NCBI GenBank assembly: GCA_043826565.1
Contig: JBDRPX010000035.1
Coordinates: forward strand, 31,299 to 95,298
DNA from: Candidatus Omnitrophota bacterium
Lineage (GTDB): Bacteria; Omnitrophota; Gorgyraeia; B26-G9
Reading direction: 5' to 3'
DNA length: 64,000 nucleotides
Below the pieces are notes generated by a model. The model was not told the DNA's origin. It ran no database searches and was given only the letters and a program-made list of their open reading frames with translations. Of the stretch, positions 9,004 to 18,026 are shown one piece after another; position 1 is the stretch's first letter; each line of letters begins with the position of its first letter. A program made the position numbers and the translations under genes.

Positions 9004-9676
9004 TGTTTTCCTCCTCCTCTAAAACTTCGTCTGAAGGCTCCTCTGGCATATCATGTTCATTATTTTCTTCAGTTTCTAAATGAATATTTTCAACATCTTC
9101 TTCGCCATCACTACTTTCATTTTCTAAAGCTTGGGCAGTAAATTCCTCCAATGTCGGTAAATCTTGTAATGATTTTAATCCGAAATATTGCAAGAATTCT
9201 TCTGTCGTTCCATATAAAATCGGCTTACCCGGGACATCTTTTCTTCCTTTGATTTTTATTAACCCACGTTCGGAAAGTGTCTTGACTACTCCGTCAACAT
9301 TAACCCCTCGAATAAATTCAATCTCAGAGCGCGTTACCGGCTGCTTATACGCGATAATCGCCAAAGTTTCCAAGGAAGGCCCGGAAAGACGCCAAACCCG
9401 CCGTGTTTTATACAATTTTTTTATATACGCGGCACAATCCGGATTAGTGCAAAATTGATACCCCCCGGCAACTTCAACAATCTGAATCCCTCGATCATTT
9501 TTAGCGTATTCTTCTTTTAAATCCTTTAGAGCTTCTTTTATTTGAGAAACTTCTATTTTATCACAAACCTCAGTGATTTGTTTCATCGTGATTGGCTTTT
9601 CACTGACAAATAATAATGCTTCAACTATTTTTTTCACTTCTACTTCTGACATCCTTATCTCCTTCAATGAGCGCAC
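8939..9676 (-). CDS. scpB: Segregation and condensation protein B with an acidic C-terminal tail (overlaps the pheA start by ~65 nt)
   Basis: EALLFVSEKPITMKQITEV... tandem winged-helix ScpB domains. The C-terminus is rich in E/D. Confidence 0.88.
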   Translation of the reverse strand: MRSLKEIRMSEVEVKKIVEALLFVSEKPITMKQITEVCDKIEVSQIKEALKDLKEEYAKNDRGIQIVEVAGGYQFCTNPDCAAYIKKLYKTRRVWRLSGPSLETLAIIAYKQPVTRSEIEFIRGVNVDGVVKTLSERGLIKIKGRKDVPGKPILYGTTEEFLQYFGLKSLQDLPTLEEFTAQALENESSDGEEDVENIHLETEENNEHDMPEEPSDEVLEEEENNEAEPEESQSQDKHSKIAQGD

Positions 9677-9719
9677 ATTTTACCGAACAAAGTTATGTAA
9701 AATTTCAACGCGAATTGAA

Positions 9720-9810
9720 CCCCGCCCTTTGGGCGTATCAATCAAACTTCAAACATATCACAAACAAGCAATTCTCAATGCAAAACCTCTTACCCGGCCA
9801 AAGGGCGGGG
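9720..9810. repeat. Long GC-rich inverted repeat (CCCCGCCCTTTGG ... CCAAAGGGCGGGG; 13-bp perfect arms, ~64-nt loop) in the scpA-scpB spacer
   Basis: Arms at 9720-9732 and 9798-9810; flanking TTGAA/TTCAA extends the pairing. Confidence 0.55.
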
Positions 9811-9861
9811 TAAATTTCAAGCAAATAAGTTATAGCTTATTTGTAGCCATAACTTATGCCT

Positions 9862-10608
9862 TCAAGTTACATTCGCGTGAATCGTCGGAAGAATACGTTC
9901 TTCATTAAGAAAAACATATATCTGCCCAAAAAGCCCTTTCTGGGCCACGACTATTTCTTTTTGCCTTATCAATTCTAAAACCGCGAGAAACGTAGCAATC
10001 GTTTCATATTTATTTTTAGACTCATTAAACAACTCATTGAGTAAAATCTTCCTTTTTTTAACCAGGACATGCAGCAAATCATGAATTTTCCCTTCTACAG
10101 TAAATTCATCTTTGATGATCTCCCGAAAAATATCCTTGGGAAAATCTTTTAATGCTTTAGAAAACGCACTGATCAGATCAAATACGCTTGTCTCAAAAAA
10201 TACTTCCTCTTCCCCTTCAATATCCGAAGCAACATTAACTCTTTTAAATATTTCACTTTGTTTTGTTTCCTGCTCTTCAAGGTACCCGGCAATTTCCTTA
10301 AATTTTTTATATTCTAAAAGTTTCCTAACCAGTTCATCCCGAGGATCTTCTTCTTCCTGATTTTCACCATCAGTCTCATCGGGAGGTAACAACATTTTTG
10401 ATTTGATATGCATAAGTGTCGCCGCCATAACCAAAAACTCACCGGCAATATTAAGGTCCAAAAGCCGCATTAACTCTAGATATTGCAGATACTGCTCAGT
10501 TACCTTGGACACCGGAATATCATAAATATTAAGATGGCTCTTTTTTATCAAATAGAGCAATAAGTCCAATGGCCCTTCAAAAATTTCCAACTTTATTTTA
10601 TAACTCAT
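9862..10608 (-). CDS. scpA: Segregation and condensation protein A
   Basis: MSYKIKLEIFEGPLDLLLYLIKK... ScpA signature; 248 aa. Confidence 0.9.
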   Translation of the reverse strand: MSYKIKLEIFEGPLDLLLYLIKKSHLNIYDIPVSKVTEQYLQYLELMRLLDLNIAGEFLVMAATLMHIKSKMLLPPDETDGENQEEEDPRDELVRKLLEYKKFKEIAGYLEEQETKQSEIFKRVNVASDIEGEEEVFFETSVFDLISAFSKALKDFPKDIFREIIKDEFTVEGKIHDLLHVLVKKRKILLNELFNESKNKYETIATFLAVLELIRQKEIVVAQKGLFGQIYVFLNEERILPTIHANVT

Positions 10609-11588
10609 AATCCTACAACGTTTCTGACTTCATTCATCGTCGATTTAGCAATCTGTTGCGCTTTTTCTTTACCATCTGCGAGAATCTTCAATAACTGCCC
10701 TTTATCATCAAGCAAAGTCCGCCTTTTCTCCTGAATCGGAGCAAGATAATCTACCAATATCTGGCCTAATTGTTTTTTACAATCCGTACAGCCGATTTCC
10801 GCCGCCGAGCATTTTTTAGCAATCTCCTGAGGTTTTCCGGCATCGGCAAAAACTTTATAATAGCTATGTACATTGCAAACTTCCGGCCGGCCCGCATCTG
10901 TCTTCCGTAATCTTTGAGGATCCGTAAACATACTCATCACTTTTTTTCGTACGCAATCATCCGGATCACTTAACCCGATATAATTGTCATAGCTCTTAGA
11001 CATCTTTCGTCCGTCAAGCCCCAGCAAACGCGGCATCGCAGTCAATTCAGCCTGCGGCGCAGGAAAAACATTTTTCTTCATAACATTATTAAAACGTTCG
11101 GCGATTTTGCGGGTTAATTCAAGATGGGGTAACTGATCTTCACCAACCGGAACAACTTCAGCTTTATATAAGAGTATATCTGCCGCCTGCAAAACAGGGT
11201 ATCCCAAAAAAGCATAGTTATTGACCTCTCTGGTCTTCAATTCTCTTAACTGTTCTTTGTAAGTTGGGCATCGTTCCAGCCAGCCTAAAGGAGTCATACA
11301 GGAAAAAACCGTGAATAGTTCCAAGTGTTCGGGGATCTGAGATTGAATAAATAGCGTAGATTTTTTAGGATCTATGCCGCAGCTGAGCCAGTCGAGGACA
11401 TTATCCAATGAATACTCTCTAATATGCGCAGGATCTTTATACTCACTCATCAGAGCATGCCAATCAGCCACCATGAACAAACAGTCATATTTTTCCTGTA
11501 ATTGACTCCAGTTCTTAAGTGCTCCGACCAAATGACCCAAGTGCAGCTTACCCGTGGGGCGCATTCCGCTTAATATTTTTTTCTTCAT
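10605..11588 (-). CDS. trpS: Tryptophan--tRNA ligase (track ORF extends to 11627; the start is probably the ATG at 11586-11588 giving MKKKILSGMRPTG, 2 nt after the infB stop)
   Basis: RPTGKLHLGHLVGAL (HIGH-like) and KMSKS motifs. Confidence 0.9.
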   Translation of the reverse strand: MKKKILSGMRPTGKLHLGHLVGALKNWSQLQEKYDCLFMVADWHALMSEYKDPAHIREYSLDNVLDWLSCGIDPKKSTLFIQSQIPEHLELFTVFSCMTPLGWLERCPTYKEQLRELKTREVNNYAFLGYPVLQAADILLYKAEVVPVGEDQLPHLELTRKIAERFNNVMKKNVFPAPQAELTAMPRLLGLDGRKMSKSYDNYIGLSDPDDCVRKKVMSMFTDPQRLRKTDAGRPEVCNVHSYYKVFADAGKPQEIAKKCSAAEIGCTDCKKQLGQILVDYLAPIQEKRRTLLDDKGQLLKILADGKEKAQQIAKSTMNEVRNVVGL

Positions 11589-11590
11589 AT

Positions 11591-13552
11591 CTAAAGTCTT
11601 CGAACTATTTTTTCGACATGAAAACATTCAATAATATCTTCGGGAAGAATACTGGCGAAGTTCTCCAATGAAATACCGCATTCTAAGCCTTCACCAACTT
11701 CTTTAACATCATCTTTATAACGTTTTAATGATTCCAGTTTTCCTTCAAACAAACACTGCTCATCACGATATAACCTTACCAATTGTGCCGAACGCATGAA
11801 TTTTCCCTTTACCACCATACATCCGGCTATTTTACCAACCTTAGTGATCTTAAATATCTGCTGAACTTTGGCCCGCCCGATGAAAATTTCCTTTATTTTA
11901 GGTTCAAGCAATCCTTCCATACTCATGCGGACATCATTAATCGCTTCATAAATAATACGATATAACCGCACATCAACACTCTTATTATCCGCCTCTTCTT
12001 TAGCTTTAGATTCAATAGTGACATGAAATCCGATAATAACCGCGTCACTGGCAACAGCCAGCATTACATCTGATTCATTAATGCTGCCGACCTGAGAATG
12101 GATAATTTTGACCACAATGTCATTTGTGCCTAATTTTTCCAAAGAACTGCCTAAAGCCTCCAGTGAACCCTGGACATCTGCTTTTATAATAATTTTGAGT
12201 TCTTTTAGTTTTCCTTCCTGCGCCTGCTCAAACAACTGGTCAAGGCTTACCCGCTGTGAAGGCATTAATTTCTGCTGACGCTGTTCATCTTTTTTTTGCA
12301 GGGTTATTTCACGGGCTCTTCTCTCATCTTCAACCACATAAAAAACATCACCGACCTGAGGAACATAATCCAACCCGAAGATCTCGACCGGAATTGCCGG
12401 TCCGGCTTCGGTAACCCGTTCTCCCAAGTCATCTATCATCGCTCTTACTTTTCCGCAAGTTTGTCCGCAAACAAAAACATCCCCAATCTTCAGTGTGCCA
12501 TTCTGAACCAAGATAGTTACCGTCGGGCCGCTGCCCTTGGAAAGTTTACTTTCAATAATTATCCCCCGCGCCGGCTTATTGGGATTAGCCTTAAGTTCCA
12601 GGATTTCCGCTTCTAAAAGAATACTCTCCAGCAGATTATCTATCCCGGTCCCCACTTTTGCGGAAACCGCTACAGTTATGGTCTTTCCACCCCAATCTTC
12701 ACTCGTAAGATCATGCTCGGCCAAACCTCTTTTTACTTTATCAATATTAGCTCCGGGCAGGTCAATCTTATTAATGGCCACTACTATCGGGACCCCGGCA
12801 GCTTTAGCATGATTAATCGCTTCTATTGTCTGCGGCATCAGCCCGTCATCAGCCGCGACAACCAGGATAACGATATCCGTTACCTGTGCTCCGCGTGCCC
12901 TCATCGCGGTAAATGCCTCATGGCCGGGGGTATCTAAAAAAGTGATCGTTCCATTTTTGAGTTTAACTTTATAAGCGCCGATATGCTGCGTAATGCCGCC
13001 GGATTCTCTTAGCGTTAGATTGGACCGGCGAATAACATCAAGTAAAGACGTCTTTCCATGATCTACATGCCCCATAAGGGTAACTACAGGAGAGCGCGGC
13101 ATAAGCTCATCATCATCTGCATCTGATTCTTTATGTTGAGAAAGCAATTCTTCTTCTTTAGTAGGTTTCTCTTCTAATAAAACATCATATTCCAAAGCAA
13201 TTGCCTGCACCGTATCCTGATCTAGGCGAGTGTTAATATTGGCCATCACTTTATTTTTCATCAACTTTTTGATAATTTCGGTAGCGGAAATCTGCAGTTT
13301 AACAGATAGATCTTTCACTGTTAAAGGAAAAGAAACCAGGACTTTTTTCATTTCTTGTTTTTTCTTTTCTGCCTTCTCTTTTTTTACCTCTTCTTTTTTT
13401 CCCAGTAACTCATGACGTACTATTTCCGTAGTATCATCGTCTAAAGCACTCATGTGCCCCTTAACTTCAACATGCATACCCTTAAGTATTTTTACCAGTT
13501 CTTTACTGGAAACCCCGATTTCTTTAGCTAATTCGTATACACGAACACTCAT
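11591..13552 (-). CDS. infB: Translation initiation factor IF-2
   Basis: G-domain [28 protein letters not shown]; 653 aa. Confidence 0.95.
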   Translation of the reverse strand: MSVRVYELAKEIGVSSKELVKILKGMHVEVKGHMSALDDDTTEIVRHELLGKKEEVKKEKAEKKKQEMKKVLVSFPLTVKDLSVKLQISATEIIKKLMKNKVMANINTRLDQDTVQAIALEYDVLLEEKPTKEEELLSQHKESDADDDELMPRSPVVTLMGHVDHGKTSLLDVIRRSNLTLRESGGITQHIGAYKVKLKNGTITFLDTPGHEAFTAMRARGAQVTDIVILVVAADDGLMPQTIEAINHAKAAGVPIVVAINKIDLPGANIDKVKRGLAEHDLTSEDWGGKTITVAVSAKVGTGIDNLLESILLEAEILELKANPNKPARGIIIESKLSKGSGPTVTILVQNGTLKIGDVFVCGQTCGKVRAMIDDLGERVTEAGPAIPVEIFGLDYVPQVGDVFYVVEDERRAREITLQKKDEQRQQKLMPSQRVSLDQLFEQAQEGKLKELKIIIKADVQGSLEALGSSLEKLGTNDIVVKIIHSQVGSINESDVMLAVASDAVIIGFHVTIESKAKEEADNKSVDVRLYRIIYEAINDVRMSMEGLLEPKIKEIFIGRAKVQQIFKITKVGKIAGCMVVKGKFMRSAQLVRLYRDEQCLFEGKLESLKRYKDDVKEVGEGLECGISLENFASILPEDIIECFHVEKIVRRL

Positions 13553-13562
13553 AAGTAATTAC

Positions 13563-14717
13563 CTATACCACTTTCTTAGCTTCTTCTATAATCTGTTCAG
13601 CACGCTTTTTGCCCACGCCCTTTACTTTTGTTAATTCATCGGCGCTAGCTTGCGCCAATGATTGAACATTATCATACCCTGCTTCAATAAGCGCTTCTTT
13701 AGTCTTGCCTCCGATGCCCGTCAGCTGCGCAAAAGATTCTTCTTTTTTCCTGTCTTTTTCCTTCTTATCTTTTTCAATTTGCGCGTGGCTTCCGATATTT
13801 ATTGACCAGCCTATTAATTTCGAAGCCAGCCGGACATTTTGTCCGCGTTTACCTATAGCTAAAGAAAGAAACTCATCATCAACAACAATATCAACTTTAT
13901 TTTCTTTTGGATCAAGACAGATATCCAGAATCTTCGCCGGACTCAATGCCGCTTTAATATATTCTTTAACATCTTCATTCCAACGAACGATGTCTACTTT
14001 TTCTCCATGCAGCTCGCGCACTATATTTTTAATCCGGGAACCGCGCACCCCGACACAAGCACCCACGCAATCAATTTTATCATCTTTAGAACTTACCGCC
14101 ACTTTAGTTCTCTCCCCGGCTAAACGAGCAATCGATTTAATTTCCACAATCCCTTCATAAATTTCCGGAACTTCCAGTTCAAAAAGACGTTTCACAAATC
14201 CCGCGTTTGTTCTTGATAAGATAATCTGCGGCCCTCGATTAGTCTTTTTCACATCAAGAATTAGAGCCCTGACTCTTTCACCCTGCCGGAATTCTTCTTT
14301 TGGCAAAAGTTCTCTCGTCGATAAAACGCCTTCAGTCTTGCCCAAATCAACAATTATATTTCCCTTTTCAAAACGGTGGACGATCCCATTAGTAATATCC
14401 CCAACTTTAGCCTGATAATCACTAAAAACTACTTCCCGTTCCGCTTCTCTAATCTTTTGGGTGATTATCTGTTTTGCCATCTGCGCGGCAATCCGTCCAA
14501 AATCTCCGGATTTTATCTCTTTACCGTCCTGGGTAACTTTTATCTGTCCTGACTCAGGATCAATCGATACAGCTAAATTTGCCGTCTCTCCGAAACGCTT
14601 ACGCGCAGCAGAAAGCAAAGCCGATTCAATAGCCGAAATAATAACCGTCTTATCAACACCTTTTTCTCTCTCAATATGATCTAAAACCGATAATAACTCA
14701 TTATTCATAACTACCAC
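13563..14717 (-). CDS. nusA: Transcription termination/antitermination factor NusA
   Basis: N-terminal NusA domain, S1 and KH domains; 384 aa. Confidence 0.93.
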   Translation of the reverse strand: MVVMNNELLSVLDHIEREKGVDKTVIISAIESALLSAARKRFGETANLAVSIDPESGQIKVTQDGKEIKSGDFGRIAAQMAKQIITQKIREAEREVVFSDYQAKVGDITNGIVHRFEKGNIIVDLGKTEGVLSTRELLPKEEFRQGERVRALILDVKKTNRGPQIILSRTNAGFVKRLFELEVPEIYEGIVEIKSIARLAGERTKVAVSSKDDKIDCVGACVGVRGSRIKNIVRELHGEKVDIVRWNEDVKEYIKAALSPAKILDICLDPKENKVDIVVDDEFLSLAIGKRGQNVRLASKLIGWSINIGSHAQIEKDKKEKDRKKEESFAQLTGIGGKTKEALIEAGYDNVQSLAQASADELTKVKGVGKKRAEQIIEEAKKVV

Positions 14718-15187
14718 CTAACTTCTAATTTTGCTTTAACAATTTCATCTATATTTAAACTAAATTTTTCATTATCTTCAGTTTGTATCTCTACAATATT
14801 CTGCTCAACCGCGGTTATTACCCCGGTTATATTTGTTTTTTTCTCCATTACCGGCACCCGGGTAATAAAGCTTACGGTTTTCCCCTTGGCCCAGACAAAA
14901 TCAGATTCTTTTTTCAAATCCCTATCTAATCCGGGCGAAGATACTTCTAAAGTATAATCATTACCCAATGCGCCATTTTCATCAAAAATTTCGCGTAAGT
15001 GCTTATTAATAGAAGCGCAATCGTCTAGGGTAATTCCGGTTCTTTCCTTATCCACTGTGATTTTTATATCACAACCTCGCTTAGAAGACTTCACATCAAG
15101 GTCAATTAGCATAAAATCCTGTCCCTTTAAAGCCTTCTCGACCACCTGTCTTGCTATATCTTGAATATTACTCATAAAATTTTCCAC
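14711..15187 (-). CDS. rimP: Ribosome maturation factor RimP
   Basis: DUF150/RimP-like 158-aa protein immediately upstream of nusA, the conserved rimP-nusA-infB arrangement. Confidence 0.8.
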   Translation of the reverse strand: MENFMSNIQDIARQVVEKALKGQDFMLIDLDVKSSKRGCDIKITVDKERTGITLDDCASINKHLREIFDENGALGNDYTLEVSSPGLDRDLKKESDFVWAKGKTVSFITRVPVMEKKTNITGVITAVEQNIVEIQTEDNEKFSLNIDEIVKAKLEVRW

Positions 15188-15232
15188 AAAAAAAGCGGGA
15201 ATAATCTCCCACTTCTTATTTTGACTACCCGC
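15188..15232 (-). promoter_or_regulatory. Terminator-like hairpin plus U7 inside the rimP leader (possible attenuator)
   Basis: Minus-strand RNA reads GCGGG-(33-nt loop holding a GGGA/UCCC hairpin)-CCCGC UUUUUUU. It lies between the consensus promoter and the rimP ATG. Confidence 0.4.
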
Positions 15233-15247
15233 GACTAATCTTAATAT

Positions 15248-15275
15248 ATTATACTATTTAAAAAAATCTTGTCAA
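15248..15275 (-). promoter_or_regulatory. Consensus sigma-70 promoter (TTGACA-16 nt-TATAAT) for rimP-nusA-infB
   Basis: Minus-strand TTGACA at 15275-15270, TATAAT at 15253-15248, with a 16-nt spacer. Confidence 0.6.
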
Positions 15276-15293
15276 GTTAAACAAAAATTATCC

Positions 15294-16967
15294 TCACTTA
15301 GTTAAATTCTCGGAATTGCCTACCTCACCCGTAGCCTTACCTTGTATCTCTATCGCTGTCTTCACTTTACCCAGAATCTCCTTTAACTGTTCTTCTTCGA
15401 TATCGAGAACTTTTTTGCGTTCCATAGCGACAGCTTGTCTTTTAACATCTTCTTTTTCTTTAGGATCTTCCGGAACCTCTGAAGTGGAAAGAACTTCCCG
15501 CAAAAGTTTCTCATCCTGCTCTTCCAAAGTAAGGCCTTCCTCACCCATCATTTTTTTTCTTCTGGCAGCTTCACTAGCCGCTATCTCCTTAGCCTGTCTC
15601 TTTTCTTTACGCTTATTCATATAACCGTCAAATCTCTCTAACTCTGAATCTTCATCAATAGTCAAAGGCTTTTTCTGATCAAGCGCCAGGAACATATCAA
15701 TTTCCTTATCCGTAAGCCTTGTATCCCCAATTATATGCGGAGTAACAAATATCATTAATTCCGTTTCTACTTTACTAATAACTTTTTTCTTAAAGAATAA
15801 ACCAAAAAATGGGATATCCCCAAACCCGGGAATTTTATCATAGGTTACAGTATCATTTACTTTCCGCAATCCTCCAATAACAATTGTCTGTCCGTCTTTT
15901 ACGAGAAGATTTGTTTCGGCTTTACGATAATCAATAACCGGGTTATCCAGAATTTCCGCGGATTTAAAACTTTGTTCCGGCTTAACATTCATAGATATGA
16001 AATTCCCGCTGGTAATATGAGGAGTTACATATAGTTTTATCCCAGCTTCTTTAAATTTTACGTTTGTCGTTGTTCCTGATCCGGAATCAACAGTTTCAAA
16101 ATACGGGATTTCCTCAGTTATTTCAATTTTCGCCTCCTGATTATCCAAAGTCAATACTTTTGGATTAGCCAGAATTTCCGCTCTATTCTCCTGCTGCCAA
16201 AGATCCAGCAAAGCACTTAAATTAAGAGCATCCAGTACCGCGGAAAACTCAAACACACCGCGATTTTCGAGTGAACTATTTTCCATCACATGCTGATAAT
16301 AATTTCCACTGCCCTTTTCATCAACTAACAGATTTACTCCGCGGCGTTCATCCTTAGTTATCTTTACATCAACCATCATTGCTTCTATCAATACCTGCGG
16401 GGTATCCGTATCCAAGGCAATAGCCGCGGCTTCAACTTTATCAACCACATCAGGGATATCCGTAATTATAAGAGAATTAGTCCTTTTATCTACAGTAATA
16501 CTTCCGCGTTTACTAAGAACTTTTGCCAATGAAGCTTTAAGCTCTTCTACATCAGCAAAATTAAGCGGAATGATTTTTGTTGTCAGAGGAACTTTTGTCT
16601 CTTCATCAAGTGCCCGCTGCAAACTCATTACCCGTAAAAGTTTTCCTTCTTTTTTATAAGTAAAATTATATGTTTTTAAAATGGCATCAAGCGCATTCTC
16701 CCAGGGGACATCTTTAAGCTGCACACTTACTTTTGCCGTTACGTCATCACCGGCAATTATGTTCACTCCGCCCTTATATGCCAGAATATTCAATACTTCA
16801 CGCATATCCGTGTCTCTAAAAGTTATCGACACTGTTCCTGTTGTGCTGAAATCATCAGCTTCCCCGGCTTTACACGGATCAAGCCCACATACCCCAAAGC
16901 AAACAAGCATAGACAATAACAAAAACCTGCTTATCCGCTTCTTTTTTTGATAATTAAATACTCTCAT
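15294..16967 (-). CDS. pilQ: Type IV pilus secretin PilQ (GspD family) with a K/E-rich C-terminal tail
   Basis: Secretin domain (ILANPKVLTLDNQEAKIEI...) and N0/N1-type domains; 557 aa. Confidence 0.85.
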   Translation of the reverse strand: MRVFNYQKKKRISRFLLLSMLVCFGVCGLDPCKAGEADDFSTTGTVSITFRDTDMREVLNILAYKGGVNIIAGDDVTAKVSVQLKDVPWENALDAILKTYNFTYKKEGKLLRVMSLQRALDEETKVPLTTKIIPLNFADVEELKASLAKVLSKRGSITVDKRTNSLIITDIPDVVDKVEAAAIALDTDTPQVLIEAMMVDVKITKDERRGVNLLVDEKGSGNYYQHVMENSSLENRGVFEFSAVLDALNLSALLDLWQQENRAEILANPKVLTLDNQEAKIEITEEIPYFETVDSGSGTTTNVKFKEAGIKLYVTPHITSGNFISMNVKPEQSFKSAEILDNPVIDYRKAETNLLVKDGQTIVIGGLRKVNDTVTYDKIPGFGDIPFFGLFFKKKVISKVETELMIFVTPHIIGDTRLTDKEIDMFLALDQKKPLTIDEDSELERFDGYMNKRKEKRQAKEIAASEAARRKKMMGEEGLTLEEQDEKLLREVLSTSEVPEDPKEKEDVKRQAVAMERKKVLDIEEEQLKEILGKVKTAIEIQGKATGEVGNSENLTK

Positions 16968-17408
16968 TTAATCCTCCTTGACAATCTCGTTTTCCTTTTT
17001 TACAAGTGATATTACCTGGGTTAAGTCCTGATACCCGACAACAACACTATCTTCTTTTATATCCATAACAAACAATCCGTTAATGTTATCCCCTTTTTTG
17101 CGGATTTTATTATTAATCATTACTAACGGCATTTGCTCATCCCATAATATTCCGTTGATCGTAATATTCGCTAATAGTTTCCTGAACTCTTCCTCTCTGA
17201 GTACCGGCTCAAGTTTAGGCTTAGTCCCCTGGACATCTAAAAGAGGGATAAAAGGATCTCGTTCATTTTTAATAGTATAGACAAAAGATTGCACCATACT
17301 ATCATCATCAATACCAAACTCTTCGGCCTCTATCTCGGCATAGGCCTTAGATGAAAGCAACAAAACCGTTAATAATAAAATACAAACTTTTATATTGCGC
17401 TTCATCAT
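16968..17408 (-). CDS. Small secreted/periplasmic protein; PilP-like by position
   Basis: 146 aa with a signal peptide, immediately upstream of pilQ. Confidence 0.35.
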   Translation of the reverse strand: MMKRNIKVCILLLTVLLLSSKAYAEIEAEEFGIDDDSMVQSFVYTIKNERDPFIPLLDVQGTKPKLEPVLREEEFRKLLANITINGILWDEQMPLVMINNKIRKKGDNINGLFVMDIKEDSVVVGYQDLTQVISLVKKENEIVKED

Positions 17409-17412
17409 TTTT

Positions 17413-18015
17413 CTATAATGCTCCCTTGGGTTTTCTCTCTGATTTAGCTCTAGTGCTTAATGAATACGAACTCACTTTTAAATGTACGGTATGCTGATGC
17501 GGTTCAGACTGATCCGGAGATATTTGAAAACTGTCAATTTCCATAAATCTTCCGGAACGCTCAATCAGGTTAATAAACTTTCCCAGATTATGATACGCTG
17601 CTTTTAAGGATAGCTGTATCGGCACCTGCAGATAACTATCTTCACTTTCTTCTGAAATTTTAATTTCATCAACATCAAGCGGTTCTATGGAAATAAAAAC
17701 CACCCCGCTATCTTTACCCATTTTGATAAGTGAATCTAAAACCTCCGGAACATTAATTTCTTGCGGAAGTCTCTTTTCATAATAGCTGATTTTCTTCTTA
17801 ATGTTTTCTACTTCTTCAGTTAATTTATTCTTATCGGCAAATACCGTTTCGGCATTTTTCAGCTGATTCATTATTTGTTTTTCCTCAGCAGAAAGTTTCA
17901 TCAGCCTGGATACCAAAGGCATAAAAACAAACATTACATAAAAAACCAAAAACACAAACACTATAAGTATTCCGGCAATCAAATATTGATTTTTTTCCAG
18001 TGTCGCTTTATCCAT
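17413..18015 (-). CDS. PilO-like bitopic membrane protein
   Basis: 200 aa with an N-terminal TM helix (LIAGILIVFVFLVFYVMFVFMPLV) followed by a coiled coil; position within the pilMNOPQ cluster. Confidence 0.45.
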   Translation of the reverse strand: MDKATLEKNQYLIAGILIVFVFLVFYVMFVFMPLVSRLMKLSAEEKQIMNQLKNAETVFADKNKLTEEVENIKKKISYYEKRLPQEINVPEVLDSLIKMGKDSGVVFISIEPLDVDEIKISEESEDSYLQVPIQLSLKAAYHNLGKFINLIERSGRFMEIDSFQISPDQSEPHQHTVHLKVSSYSLSTRAKSERKPKGAL

Positions 18016-18026
18016 ATAAACACACC

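Noticed and set aside
9700-9820. tRNA-like gene in the scpA-scpB spacer (GCGAATTGAACC)
   Set aside because: No T-arm GTTCGA/TCGAACC consensus, no cloverleaf and no CCA-adjacent acceptor pairing. A long inverted repeat explains it better.
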